Shown here: positions 53,355-62,959 of the stretch, in pieces
How the letters are laid out: each line of letters opens with the position of its first letter
Position numbering within the stretch: position 1 is the stretch's first letter
Assembly (NCBI GenBank): GCA_036268855.1
Contig: DATATJ010000173.1
Coordinates: 30,237-94,236 of the forward strand
Reading direction: 5' to 3'
Length of the DNA: 64,000 nt
From: Vicinamibacterales bacterium
GTDB taxonomy: Bacteria > Acidobacteriota > Vicinamibacteria > Vicinamibacterales > CAVVIG01
Program-made: the position numbers and the translations under genes
The notes under the pieces: model-generated
Told to the model about the DNA's origin: nothing
Databases searched by the model: none
Seen by the model: the letters and a program-made list of their open reading frames with translations, nothing else

Positions 53355-54367
53355 CCTGGCGTAGACGCGCAGCGGTCGCGCTGCTGTGCGGGGCAGCGGC
53401 CGCGACGCCGCGAGCGGCGGACCCCGCGGCGAAGCTTCAGACGATCCTGACGCGCGACCTGCAATTTTCAGCTGGCGAGCTGGCCGACCTGGAGCGCGGA
53501 CGAACGGTGCGGCACTCGCTGAAAGCGAGCAGCCCCGGAGAGATCGGCGTGGCCGGCGCCACGCGCGTGAACACGTCCAAATCGCGCCTGCTCGATCGGG
53601 TGCGCGATGTCGCCACGTTCAAGCGGGGACCGGATGTGCTGCAGATCGGCACGTTCAGCACGCCGCCGGTAGAGGCGGATCTCGCGGCGCTCACCGTCGA
53701 CGCCGAAGACTTCGATGCGAGCGACTGCCGCGTCCACGATTGCGACGTGCGCCTGCCTGCGGACGCGATCGGGCGCTTCGCCGCCATCGATCCGAACGCC
53801 GCGGACGCACAGGCGCGGGGCGCCGCGCTATTGAAGCACCTGATCTTCGAGCAGGTCTCGGCGTATGTGTCGGGCCGGCCCGGGCGCTTCACGCAGTACG
53901 ACGATGGCGAGCGTCCGATTCGGCCGCTCGATGCGTTCGCCGATCTGCTGTCGCACGAGCGCGCCCTCGACGACCTGGTGCCGGGCCTGCGCGATCATCT
54001 GCGCGAGTTTCCCGCCGCGAGGCTCGCCGGCGCTCAGGAAGTGCTGTACTGGTCGAAGGAGAAGTTCGGATTCGACCCGTTCATCACCGTGACGCACATG
54101 ACGATCGTCTGCCCGGAGCCCGCGCTCTGCGTCGTGGCGTCGAAGGACGTGTACTCGACGCGCTACATCGACGCGTCGCTCTCGCTGACGATCGCCCACG
54201 ATGCGCCGGAGCCGGCCCGCGCGTTCGATCTGGTGTACGTGAATCGCACGCGCGCCAGCGCCCTCACCGGGTTCTTCAGCGGGCTGCGCCGATCGATTGC
54301 CGAACGGCGTGCCCGGAGCGGTCTGGAAGAGCGGTTGAAGGCGACCCGCGCGATGCTCGAACGCTAG
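53351..54367 (+). CDS. hypothetical secreted protein, translationally coupled to the M28 peptidase
   Basis: 338 aa. ATGA overlap at 53351-53354. Signal-like MTWRRRAAVALLCGAAAATPRAA. No recognisable domain. Confidence 0.6.
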   Translation: MTWRRRAAVALLCGAAAATPRAADPAAKLQTILTRDLQFSAGELADLERGRTVRHSLKASSPGEIGVAGATRVNTSKSRLLDRVRDVATFKRGPDVLQIGTFSTPPVEADLAALTVDAEDFDASDCRVHDCDVRLPADAIGRFAAIDPNAADAQARGAALLKHLIFEQVSAYVSGRPGRFTQYDDGERPIRPLDAFADLLSHERALDDLVPGLRDHLREFPAARLAGAQEVLYWSKEKFGFDPFITVTHMTIVCPEPALCVVASKDVYSTRYIDASLSLTIAHDAPEPARAFDLVYVNRTRASALTGFFSGLRRSIAERRARSGLEERLKATRAMLER

Positions 54368-54413
54368 CGTCGCCGCGCTCGCCTGAAGCCTTCGCGCTAC
54401 TTCCGAAGCGCCA

Positions 54414-56426
54414 TCAGCGGCCAGCGGTGGACGATTTCGCCGCCGGCTGGAACAGGTACTGGTCGAACCACTCGACGTTGTGGTCCATCGTCGCCCGATG
54501 GCTCTTGGGCTTGGATGGGCCGTGGCCGATGCCGCCGAAGCCCTGATACACGATCAGCTTCACGGGCACGTGCTGGTCCTGCAGACCTTGGTACAGCTCG
54601 AACGCATCGGGCAGCGGCACGCGCTGATCGGCGGCGCCGTGCTGAATCAATGTCGGCGTCTTCGCCTGCTTGATGTAGGTGATCGGCGACGTCTTCGCGT
54701 AGATCGCCGGGTCGTCCCACGGCGTGCTCTTCAAGTACTGACGCGTGAACGGGTGGATGTCGGTGCTCACGTAGTAGGTCATCCAGTCGGAGATGCCGGC
54801 GCCGACCGAGATCGCCTTGAATCGCGTGCTGTCGTGCGTCGCAAGGAACGCCGAGATGTAACCGCCCTGGCTCCAGCCCATCGTGCCGACACGCACGGGA
54901 TCGACGAAGCCTTTTGCAATCAGCGCGTCGATACCCGACAGCACGTCCCAGGCGTCGCCGATTCCGAGATTCCGCACGTTGAGCGCGCGGAATTTCTCGC
55001 CGTAGCCGGCGCTGCCGCGATAGTTTGGCTCGAGGACCAGCACGCCGCGCGGCACCCAGACGTCGATCGGATAGGTCGCGCTGGTGAACGGCACCGCGCG
55101 CGAGACGCCGGTCGGTCCGCCATGAATCACCACCAGCAGCGGATATTTGCGCGAGGCATTGAAGTCCGCCGGCTTGTGCAGCACGCCTTCGATCGTCGTG
55201 CCGTCCTGGCTCTTCCACGAAACGATCTCGAGCGAGGACGTCACCCAGGCGGCGGCCTGCGCACTCACGTCGGTCAGCTTCTTCGGCGACGTCATCGCCA
55301 CCGGGGCGACGAAGACATCGGCCATGCTCGTCGCGTCCGCGCGAAGGAAGGCGACGGCCGACCCGTCCTTCGAGAGCGAAAAGCTCGAGTCCACTGCCTG
55401 CGGCGTCGGCGCGAGCTTCGTGATTGCCCTCGACGCCGGATCCAGACGATACAGGTGCGACCAGGTACGCTCGGACGCCGCGAAATACAGCCCTCCCGGC
55501 TTCCACGCGACGATGGACGGATCCTCGTCGAACGCCGCGGTGAGCACAGCCGGGGTGCCACCGGAGGCGGGCACCGTCGCGATCACCGCGTTGGTGTACA
55601 TGTATGCCGGATTCGCCATCGCCGACTGAAACGCGATCTGCGATCCGTCCGGCGACCACACGGGATGACGGTCCGGACCCTCCTGCGAGACCAGCTCGCG
55701 CACTGTTCCATCGGCGGCGGTGACGATGGCGATGTCGGCGGTGCCGGAATTGGCAGGGTCGCTGTTGACGACATGGTCGAACGCGATGGCGCGCCCATCG
55801 GGCGACCACTCGAAGCTGCCGACGACGAACGCCTCGGTGGTGAGCGTCCGCGTCGTATGCGTCGCCAGATCGACGACGAAGAGGTGCGTCATGCGCGCGT
55901 CCTGATCGACCACCTCGAATTCGCCGTATCTCTTCTCGCGGTCCTTCACCCGCTGCAGCTTCGCCTCGGTGGCCGTGTAAGCGATCCGCGTCCCGTCAGG
56001 CGACCAGGCGAAGGCGCTGACGCCGTCTTCGACCGCGGTCAACGCCTCAGCTTCTCCCGCCTGCGGGTTGATGAGGTAGATCTGCCGCTTGTCCGTGCGA
56101 TCGGACACGAAGGCGAGCTTCGCGCCGTCCGGCGACCACGCCGGCGCCGAGCTCGATTTCTTGCCGGCGGTCAGCTGACGTGTTGTCCCGTTCCGAACGT
56201 CAGCGATCCAGATTTCCGTTTCGTACGCGTTGTCGTCCCAGTTGGTCACGCGCATCGTGTACGCCACGTGCTGGCCATCCGGCGAAATCTCGGGCGATCC
56301 CGCGCGTTTCAGCGACAGGATCTGGTCCACCGTCGGCGCGATGTGGGGCAGCGCGATCGGCGCCTGGGCCTGCGGCCCGGCAACAGCCAACGCGGCAAGG
56401 CAGGCGACGGTCAGGATGTGCTTCAT
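54414..56426 (-). CDS. S9-family serine peptidase with N-terminal beta-propeller (TolB/WD40-like repeats)
   Basis: Start at MKHILTVACLAALAVAGPQAQA, with GAGGTGA upstream. Repeated SPDG motifs. Nucleophile elbow GWSQGGY. Confidence 0.85.
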   Translation of the reverse strand: MKHILTVACLAALAVAGPQAQAPIALPHIAPTVDQILSLKRAGSPEISPDGQHVAYTMRVTNWDDNAYETEIWIADVRNGTTRQLTAGKKSSSAPAWSPDGAKLAFVSDRTDKRQIYLINPQAGEAEALTAVEDGVSAFAWSPDGTRIAYTATEAKLQRVKDREKRYGEFEVVDQDARMTHLFVVDLATHTTRTLTTEAFVVGSFEWSPDGRAIAFDHVVNSDPANSGTADIAIVTAADGTVRELVSQEGPDRHPVWSPDGSQIAFQSAMANPAYMYTNAVIATVPASGGTPAVLTAAFDEDPSIVAWKPGGLYFAASERTWSHLYRLDPASRAITKLAPTPQAVDSSFSLSKDGSAVAFLRADATSMADVFVAPVAMTSPKKLTDVSAQAAAWVTSSLEIVSWKSQDGTTIEGVLHKPADFNASRKYPLLVVIHGGPTGVSRAVPFTSATYPIDVWVPRGVLVLEPNYRGSAGYGEKFRALNVRNLGIGDAWDVLSGIDALIAKGFVDPVRVGTMGWSQGGYISAFLATHDSTRFKAISVGAGISDWMTYYVSTDIHPFTRQYLKSTPWDDPAIYAKTSPITYIKQAKTPTLIQHGAADQRVPLPDAFELYQGLQDQHVPVKLIVYQGFGGIGHGPSKPKSHRATMDHNVEWFDQYLFQPAAKSSTAGR

Positions 56427-56546
56427 GGACGGCTCACCTCGGACTGGAGGAGTATAGGGGAATCCGTTCGGCAGTGTTGGCCGTAGATAATCATAAGGAC
56501 GGACGTGAACCGAAATTGCAGTGACCAGCATCTAATCGGCCGGATG

Positions 56547-56576
56547 TTGACACCATCCAGCGCGAAGGGATATAAG
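56547..56576 (+). promoter_or_regulatory. sigma70-like promoter TTGACA-18-TATAAG
   Basis: TTGACA at 56547-56552, TATAAG at 56571-56576. AGGAGG SD at 56607-56612, 7 nt before the ATG at 56620. Confidence 0.55.
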
Positions 56577-56619
56577 CGGGAGGCTTATTTCCCCAGGTTC
56601 TTCTACAGGAGGCTTCAGC

Positions 56620-56982
56620 ATGCGTAAGTTCTTTGCCGGTATGTCGGTCGCGGCGTTCGTCGTGGCTCTCGGTGTTCCCGCGTTCGCGAAGACCGAAACG
56701 ATCAAGGGCGAGCTCGTGGACCAGACCTGCTACACGAAGGATCACAAGAACATGGGCGAGGCGCACAAGGAATGCGCGGTCACCTGTGCGAAGAAGGGGC
56801 AGACGGTGGCGCTCGTCACCGCAGACGGCAAGATGTACGAAGTGATGGGCGATCTGGCCGCCGACAAGAACGCCAAGATGGTGGCCCACATGTCGCACAC
56901 CGTGGAAATCACGGGCGACGTCAGCGAGAAAGACGGCAAGATGATGATCATGGCCGACTCGCTGAAGATGGCCAAGAAGTAG
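56620..56982 (+). CDS. small secreted Met/His/Lys-rich protein with 3 Cys (possible periplasmic metal-binding protein)
   Basis: 120 aa. Signal peptide MRKFFAGMSVAAFVVALGVPAFA. The mature part has 9 Met, 4 His and 3 Cys (e.g. KMVAHMSH, GKMMIMAD). Confidence 0.7.
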   Translation: MRKFFAGMSVAAFVVALGVPAFAKTETIKGELVDQTCYTKDHKNMGEAHKECAVTCAKKGQTVALVTADGKMYEVMGDLAADKNAKMVAHMSHTVEITGDVSEKDGKMMIMADSLKMAKK

Positions 56983-57042
56983 CGCGCGCCGCTGGCGGTC
57001 GAGCGGGCACGAGCCCGAACGCCCGCAGCCGGCTTTCAGAAA

Positions 57043-57072
57043 ACCCCGGGTTTGCGACCCGGGGTTTTTGTT
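57043..57072 (+). terminator. rho-independent terminator
   Basis: ACCCCGGGT-TTGCG-ACCCGGGGT (9-bp stem) followed by TTTTGTT. Confidence 0.85.
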
Positions 57073-57074
57073 GG

Positions 57075-57102
57075 TTGAATTGTACTAAAAAACTAGTATA
57101 AT
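57075..57102 (+). promoter_or_regulatory. promoter TTGAAT-16-TATAAT with an embedded TACTA-N6-TAGTA inverted repeat
   Basis: TTGAAT at 57075-57080, TATAAT at 57097-57102, inverted repeat at 57083-57098. The GntR-family gene's GTG start at 57109 lies 6 nt after the -10 element. Confidence 0.55.
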
Positions 57103-57108
57103 AATTCA

Positions 57109-57492
57109 GTGGCTCTGGTCTCGATCGATCCGCGCGACGCCACCCCGCTCTACGCGCAGCTCGAACGCGCGCTGCGCGCCGCCATCGCCGCCGGCCGTCT
57201 CCGGCCAGGCGACCAGCTGCCCACCGTGCGCGAGCTCGCCGTCGAGCTCCAGATCAACGCCAACACCGTCGCCCGCGTCTACGCCGAGCTCGAGCGCGCC
57301 GACGTCCTCGAAACCCGCCGCGGCGTCGGGTCGTTCGTCGCTGCGACACCCGCTCACGCACGACCCCCTGTAGAGCACCAACGGCGGCTGCGCGCCTTCA
57401 TCACGCGTTTGATCGGCGACGCGGCAGCCGCTGGGTTCACCATCGACGATGTGCTGGCCGAACTGGGCAGCCATCGCCGGAAAGGAGCATGA
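57109..57492 (+). CDS. GntR-family transcriptional regulator (short, YtrA-like)
   Basis: 127 aa. PLYAQLERALRAAIAAGRLRPGDQLPTVRELAVELQINANTVARVYAELE. Confidence 0.85.
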   Translation: MALVSIDPRDATPLYAQLERALRAAIAAGRLRPGDQLPTVRELAVELQINANTVARVYAELERADVLETRRGVGSFVAATPAHARPPVEHQRRLRAFITRLIGDAAAAGFTIDDVLAELGSHRRKGA

Positions 57493-57494
57493 CC

Positions 57495-58427
57495 ATGGCC
57501 CTCATCGTCCGTCCGCGCAGCGCCGAGAGCAGCTTCACGCGTCCGCACCCGAACGTCGTCGCCGCCGCCCTTCTGTTGCTGTCGATCGCCAGCGGCGCAG
57601 CCTTGAGCGTGGCCGCCGGCAACCCGGTGCCAGTTATCGTGTTCGTCGCGATCGGCCTGATCGTCATGCGGGCGCCGCAGATCGCGCAGCAATGGGAGCA
57701 GGCGGTGGTGCTCCGCCTCGGGCGCTTTCGCGCGATGCGGGGCCCCGGCCTGTTCTGGATCGTCCCGTTCGTCGATTCGGTGGCGTCGTGGATCGATCAG
57801 CGCACCATCACGACGAGCTTTGCCGCGGAGCAGACGCTGACGTCGGACACCGTGCCGGTGAGCGTGGACGCCGTGCTGTTCTGGATGGTGCACGACGTGC
57901 AGAAAGCGGCGCTCGAAGTGCAGGACTTTTCGCAGGCGGTGAGTTGGGCGGCGCAGACGGCGCTGCGCGACATCATCGGACGGACCGAGCTGACGGTGCT
58001 CCTGCGCGGACGCGAGAAGATCGAGCAGGAGCTGCAGCTGCTGATCGACGCGCGGTCCAACCCGTGGGGCGTCACCGTGCAGTCGGTCGAGATGCGCGAC
58101 GTGGTGATTCCGGTCGCCCTGCAGGATGCGATGTCGCGCGAAGCGCAGGCGGCGCGCGAAAAGCAGGCGCGCATCATCCTCGGACAGGCCGAGCAGGAAA
58201 TCGCGCACTCGTTCGAGGAGGCCGCGCGGTCGTACCACAACAACCCGACGGCGCTCCATCTCCGGGCGATGAACATGCTCTACGAGGGCCTGAAGGAGAA
58301 GGGCGCGCTGATGCTGATCCCGAGCAGCGCGGTGGAGTCGATGGGCATGGGCGGCCTGATGGGCGCCGCGGCGCTGCAGCAGCAACAGCTGACGGGCAAC
58401 AGCGGGTCGAAGCCCGAGCCCGAGTGA
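57495..58427 (+). CDS. SPFH/band-7 (stomatin-like) membrane protein
   Basis: AAAGGAG at 57481-57487 favours ATG 57495 over the track's 57489. N-terminal TM segments, then the SPFH core QWEQAVVLRLGRF...TLTSDTVPVSVDAVLFW... Confidence 0.85.
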   Translation: MALIVRPRSAESSFTRPHPNVVAAALLLLSIASGAALSVAAGNPVPVIVFVAIGLIVMRAPQIAQQWEQAVVLRLGRFRAMRGPGLFWIVPFVDSVASWIDQRTITTSFAAEQTLTSDTVPVSVDAVLFWMVHDVQKAALEVQDFSQAVSWAAQTALRDIIGRTELTVLLRGREKIEQELQLLIDARSNPWGVTVQSVEMRDVVIPVALQDAMSREAQAAREKQARIILGQAEQEIAHSFEEAARSYHNNPTALHLRAMNMLYEGLKEKGALMLIPSSAVESMGMGGLMGAAALQQQQLTGNSGSKPEPE

Positions 58428-58454
58428 CAGGCGTGGAGAGAAGGGAGGCGAATC

Positions 58455-58562
58455 GTGGCGCTGGTGAATGTCGATCGCGAGGCGCAGGTGATTCGGCTGA
58501 TTCTGGTGATTCTCGGTGCGGCGCTCGCCATCGTCGGCTGGTTACGATGGCTGAATGGATAG
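58455..58562 (+). CDS. candidate 35-aa single-TM protein (below the track cutoff)
   Basis: GGGAGG SD at 58443-58448, 6-nt spacer, GTG start. MALVNVDREAQVIRLILVILGAALAIVGWLRWLNG, TAG stop. Confidence 0.4.
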   Translation: MALVNVDREAQVIRLILVILGAALAIVGWLRWLNG

Positions 58563-58614
58563 AACGCCAGACGACCGAGCAAGGCCGCGAGCGCCCGGTG
58601 GCGCCCGCGGCTCC

Positions 58615-58638
58615 AATCTGAAATCTGAAATCTGAAAT

Positions 58639-58641
<3 letters not shown>
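58615..58641. repeat. AATCTGA heptamer x3.9; the last unit contains the ahcY stop codon
   Basis: AATCTGAAATCTGAAATCTGAAATCTA, read directly at the convergent junction. Confidence 0.85.
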
Positions 58642-60138
<1,497 letters not shown>

Positions 60139-60207
60139 TATTCTCCCTCCAAAACCGTGGGCGTATCCGTGTGGACCGCCCGTCGCGCCGGGCCTCGAGG
60201 CTCCGGC

Positions 60208-61209
60208 TTACGCAGCGAGCGACCGTCGCGCGGTCGCGACAAACAATCCCGGGCCTTTGGACCGGGAATCGGGCGGCAGCGGCACCACCCGGAGATCCGA
60301 GAAGCCGGCATCGGTCAGCATCTCGCGGAGATGGTCTTCGGAGAATCCGAGCCAGACGTGGCCCATCTGCTGACGATACCGTTCGCGATCGTGCGGCAGC
60401 ATGTCGACGATCAGCAGGCGCCCGCCGGGCGTGAGCGCGCGCGCCACGTCGGCGAGTGCGCGGCCGGGCTCCGGGACGTGATGCAGCACGAGCATCAGCG
60501 TCGCCGCGTCGAGCCGCGCATCGTCGATCGGCAGCGCTTCGAGATCGCCGCGCCGGAGATCGACGTTGGCGGTGCCGTGCAGCCGCTTCTTCGCCGCCTG
60601 CAGCATCGCGGCGGATGCGTCCACCGCGATCACGCGCGCGACGAACGGCGCGAGCGCCGCGGTCGTCTGCCCGGTGCCGCAGCCGAGGTCGCCGACCACC
60701 CAGCTCGCGTCCGCGAATGCCGCGAGTGCGGCGAGATGGAACCGGTCGCCGAACAGATCGTCGCGCATTCGATCCCACTGGCCGGCAGACGAGGAGAAGA
60801 ACTCCTGCGACGCCGTGCGCCGCGCGGCCAGGGCTGCCTGCAGCCGCCGCTGATCCTGCGAGGCCGCGGGTGCGCTGCCCACCTGCTCGCGCACGAGCAG
60901 CCAGAGGCGGCGTGCGGCGGCATCGAGCTCGTCGCGCCCGTCCCGCCCGTCGCCGTTTTCGTTCCGCCCTGCGCCCGCGAAGCGGGACATCGTGTAGAGG
61001 TGGCTCGTGCCCTCCGCGCGCGCGGCGATCCAGCCGCTGTCGGCCAGCGCCTTCAGATGCCGGCTCACGGTGGACTGCGGCAGCTGGACGATGCCGCAGA
61101 GCTCGGAGACCGTCAGCTCGTGGCGGTCGAGCAGCAGCAGAATGCGGCTCCGCGTCGCGTCAGAGAGCGCGGTGAGATGATCGAGGATGGCCGGGGCGCG
61201 TCCATTCAT
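60208..61209 (-). CDS. ArsR-family HTH fused to a class I SAM-dependent methyltransferase
   Basis: Start at MNGRAPAILDHLTALSDATRSRILLLLDRHELTVSELCGIVQLPQSTVSRHLKAL. Methyltransferase motif I VGDLGCGTG. Confidence 0.8.
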   Translation of the reverse strand: MNGRAPAILDHLTALSDATRSRILLLLDRHELTVSELCGIVQLPQSTVSRHLKALADSGWIAARAEGTSHLYTMSRFAGAGRNENGDGRDGRDELDAAARRLWLLVREQVGSAPAASQDQRRLQAALAARRTASQEFFSSSAGQWDRMRDDLFGDRFHLAALAAFADASWVVGDLGCGTGQTTAALAPFVARVIAVDASAAMLQAAKKRLHGTANVDLRRGDLEALPIDDARLDAATLMLVLHHVPEPGRALADVARALTPGGRLLIVDMLPHDRERYRQQMGHVWLGFSEDHLREMLTDAGFSDLRVVPLPPDSRSKGPGLFVATARRSLAA

Positions 61210-61301
61210 CCGTGTAACCGGATGGAAGGATATATCGGCTCGGGGGTTCGCGTCAAGCCAGGGCCGCGAAACGGGGCGATCGCCGCGACTCGCACGGCGG
61301 G

Positions 61302-61817
61302 CTATTTCCCGCAGATCGCGATCCCGGCGCCCCCGTCCGGCTGGTCCGCGCAATAGGCGTCGATGGCGCGACGCACGTCCTCGCGCGCGGCGGCCGCCGA
61401 ATGCGCCGCGTGCGCATGCGCGATGCCCCGCCCGATGGCGATCAGATCCACGAGAAAGAGCGGCTGTGGCTGCGTCAGGCCGCTGCGCTGGAGCTGCTCG
61501 TACGCGTACAACCCGCCCGGCGGCACCGGCCCGCTCCGATAGTCCACCGGCGGCACGAGCTTGTCGAATCGCTCGCGCTCGTCGATATGAACGGAGAAGT
61601 CGGCGGCGATGGGCTGAAGCGTCAGACGATCGGGCCTTGCCAGCCCCGCACGCACGCGGTCGAGCGATACCGGCAGATCGAGCGGCGGCGGTGCATCGGG
61701 CGGCGGCTGCGTCTCTTGGGGCTGTTGTGCCGGCTGCGCGTGTTGCGGCGGCTGCGCCTCCGGCGCCTGCTGCGCGTACAGCATCAAGCTTGCAACCAGG
61801 AGTCCGGCGAGGATCAT
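61302..61817 (-). CDS. hypothetical secreted protein, paralog B of a tandem pair
   Basis: ATGA overlap with paralog A. MILAGLLVASLMLYAQQ, then a Pro/Gln-rich linker. Blocks shared with paralog A: LPVSLDRVRAGL and SGPVPPGGLYAYE. Confidence 0.6.
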   Translation of the reverse strand: MILAGLLVASLMLYAQQAPEAQPPQHAQPAQQPQETQPPPDAPPPLDLPVSLDRVRAGLARPDRLTLQPIAADFSVHIDERERFDKLVPPVDYRSGPVPPGGLYAYEQLQRSGLTQPQPLFLVDLIAIGRGIAHAHAAHSAAAAREDVRRAIDAYCADQPDGGAGIAICGK

Positions 61818-62389
61818 CGTGATGACAGGCCGTTCAGCGTTGCCACGGCGCGATCGCTCGCGCCCGCGAGGTGCGCGGCGAGCGCCTTCTGCACCTCGTC
61901 GCGTGCCGCCTGCTCGGCCGCCGCGCGCTCGGCGCTGCTGACTGCGTTCAGCGCCCGGCCGCCCAGATAGTGCGCCTCGAGATTTTCGATCGCGATCGTC
62001 AGCAGCTCCGCCTGCCTGAAGGCCGCGTACGGTTGAACCCGCGGATTGTCCACCGACGGGAAGGCCTGCTGGCTCACCTCGTAGCCATACAGACCACCCG
62101 GCGCCGGCGGACCGCTCGTGAAATCCAGGCTCGCGATCAGGTCGTCGATCCGCCGCCTCTCGCTGACGCCGATCTTGAAACGCGGCTGTTCGTCCAGGCC
62201 CCGCAGCGGCGTCGCAGGCATCTGGGCCAGCGCGTCTCGAATCTTGTCGATTGATACCGGCAAGGACCCGGCGTCCTGTGCCGGGGACGCTGCCTGCGTC
62301 CCTGAGGGCGCGTGGCCGGTTGGAGTTTGGGCTGCCGCCGGGGCGGCAGCCGCCACGGTCGCGGCAAGTACCAGAGCCATCAGGCACAT
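61814..62389 (-). CDS. hypothetical secreted protein, paralog A of a tandem pair
   Basis: 191 aa. MCLMALVLAATVAAAAPAAAQ. Blocks LPVSIDKIRDAL and SGPPAPGGLYGYE. Confidence 0.6.
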   Translation of the reverse strand: MCLMALVLAATVAAAAPAAAQTPTGHAPSGTQAASPAQDAGSLPVSIDKIRDALAQMPATPLRGLDEQPRFKIGVSERRRIDDLIASLDFTSGPPAPGGLYGYEVSQQAFPSVDNPRVQPYAAFRQAELLTIAIENLEAHYLGGRALNAVSSAERAAAEQAARDEVQKALAAHLAGASDRAVATLNGLSSR

Positions 62390-62538
62390 TGTCTTGTTAG
62401 ACGCTCGGCGTCATACCTCAGCTCGTTCCGACTTCACACCCCTATCGTGCAGGACTCGCGCCAGTGGGACGGCGTCCGAATCTGAACAGATGTCACGAGC
62501 CCCGCCGAGGCGTAGAATGCGCATCAGGGAGGCCTCGC

Positions 62539-62871
62539 ATGCATCAGGTCCCGCGCGAAGATCAGCTCGAGCTCGCCGATGCGATCGCCCTGGGCGCCCG
62601 ACGCCGCCCGCAGGCGTTCGGCGAGTATTTCGACGAGCACGGCGGCTCCTGCGCGCTCGGCGCCGCATACGAAGGTGCCTACTCGCTGCCTGACGATGCC
62701 CACGCCATCCGTCCGCGGATGGACCGCCTCTTCGACTGCCTGGAAAACGTCCGGCGCAAATGTCCGGAGGGCTGCCACAAGCGCCTGCCGCTCAACGCGA
62801 TCATCCTGCACTTGAACGACGATCATCACTGGACGCGGGAGCAGATCGTCGCCTGGCTGAAGACAGGCTGA
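62539..62871 (+). CDS. hypothetical small protein
   Basis: GGGAGG SD 6 nt upstream of ATG 62539. 110 aa (MHQVPREDQLELADAIALG...WTREQIVAWLKTG). TAGAAT -10-like hexamer upstream. Confidence 0.55.
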   Translation: MHQVPREDQLELADAIALGARRRPQAFGEYFDEHGGSCALGAAYEGAYSLPDDAHAIRPRMDRLFDCLENVRRKCPEGCHKRLPLNAIILHLNDDHHWTREQIVAWLKTG

Positions 62872-62959
62872 CGCGCTCGCGCCGCCGGCCGCGCCAATCG
62901 AACCCCACGCGGACACGACATGCATCCGGCGAGTGCGACGTGTGTGACGGGACGAACAC

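Noticed and set aside
60139-60207. Possible SAH riboswitch upstream of ahcY.
   Set aside because: The spacer has GC hairpins and a GCGCGAC / ACACGG resemblance. I could not trace the P1/P2/P4 pseudoknot arrangement or the conserved 3' strand. An Infernal scan with Rfam RF01057 would be decisive; a hit above the gathering threshold would overturn this rejection.
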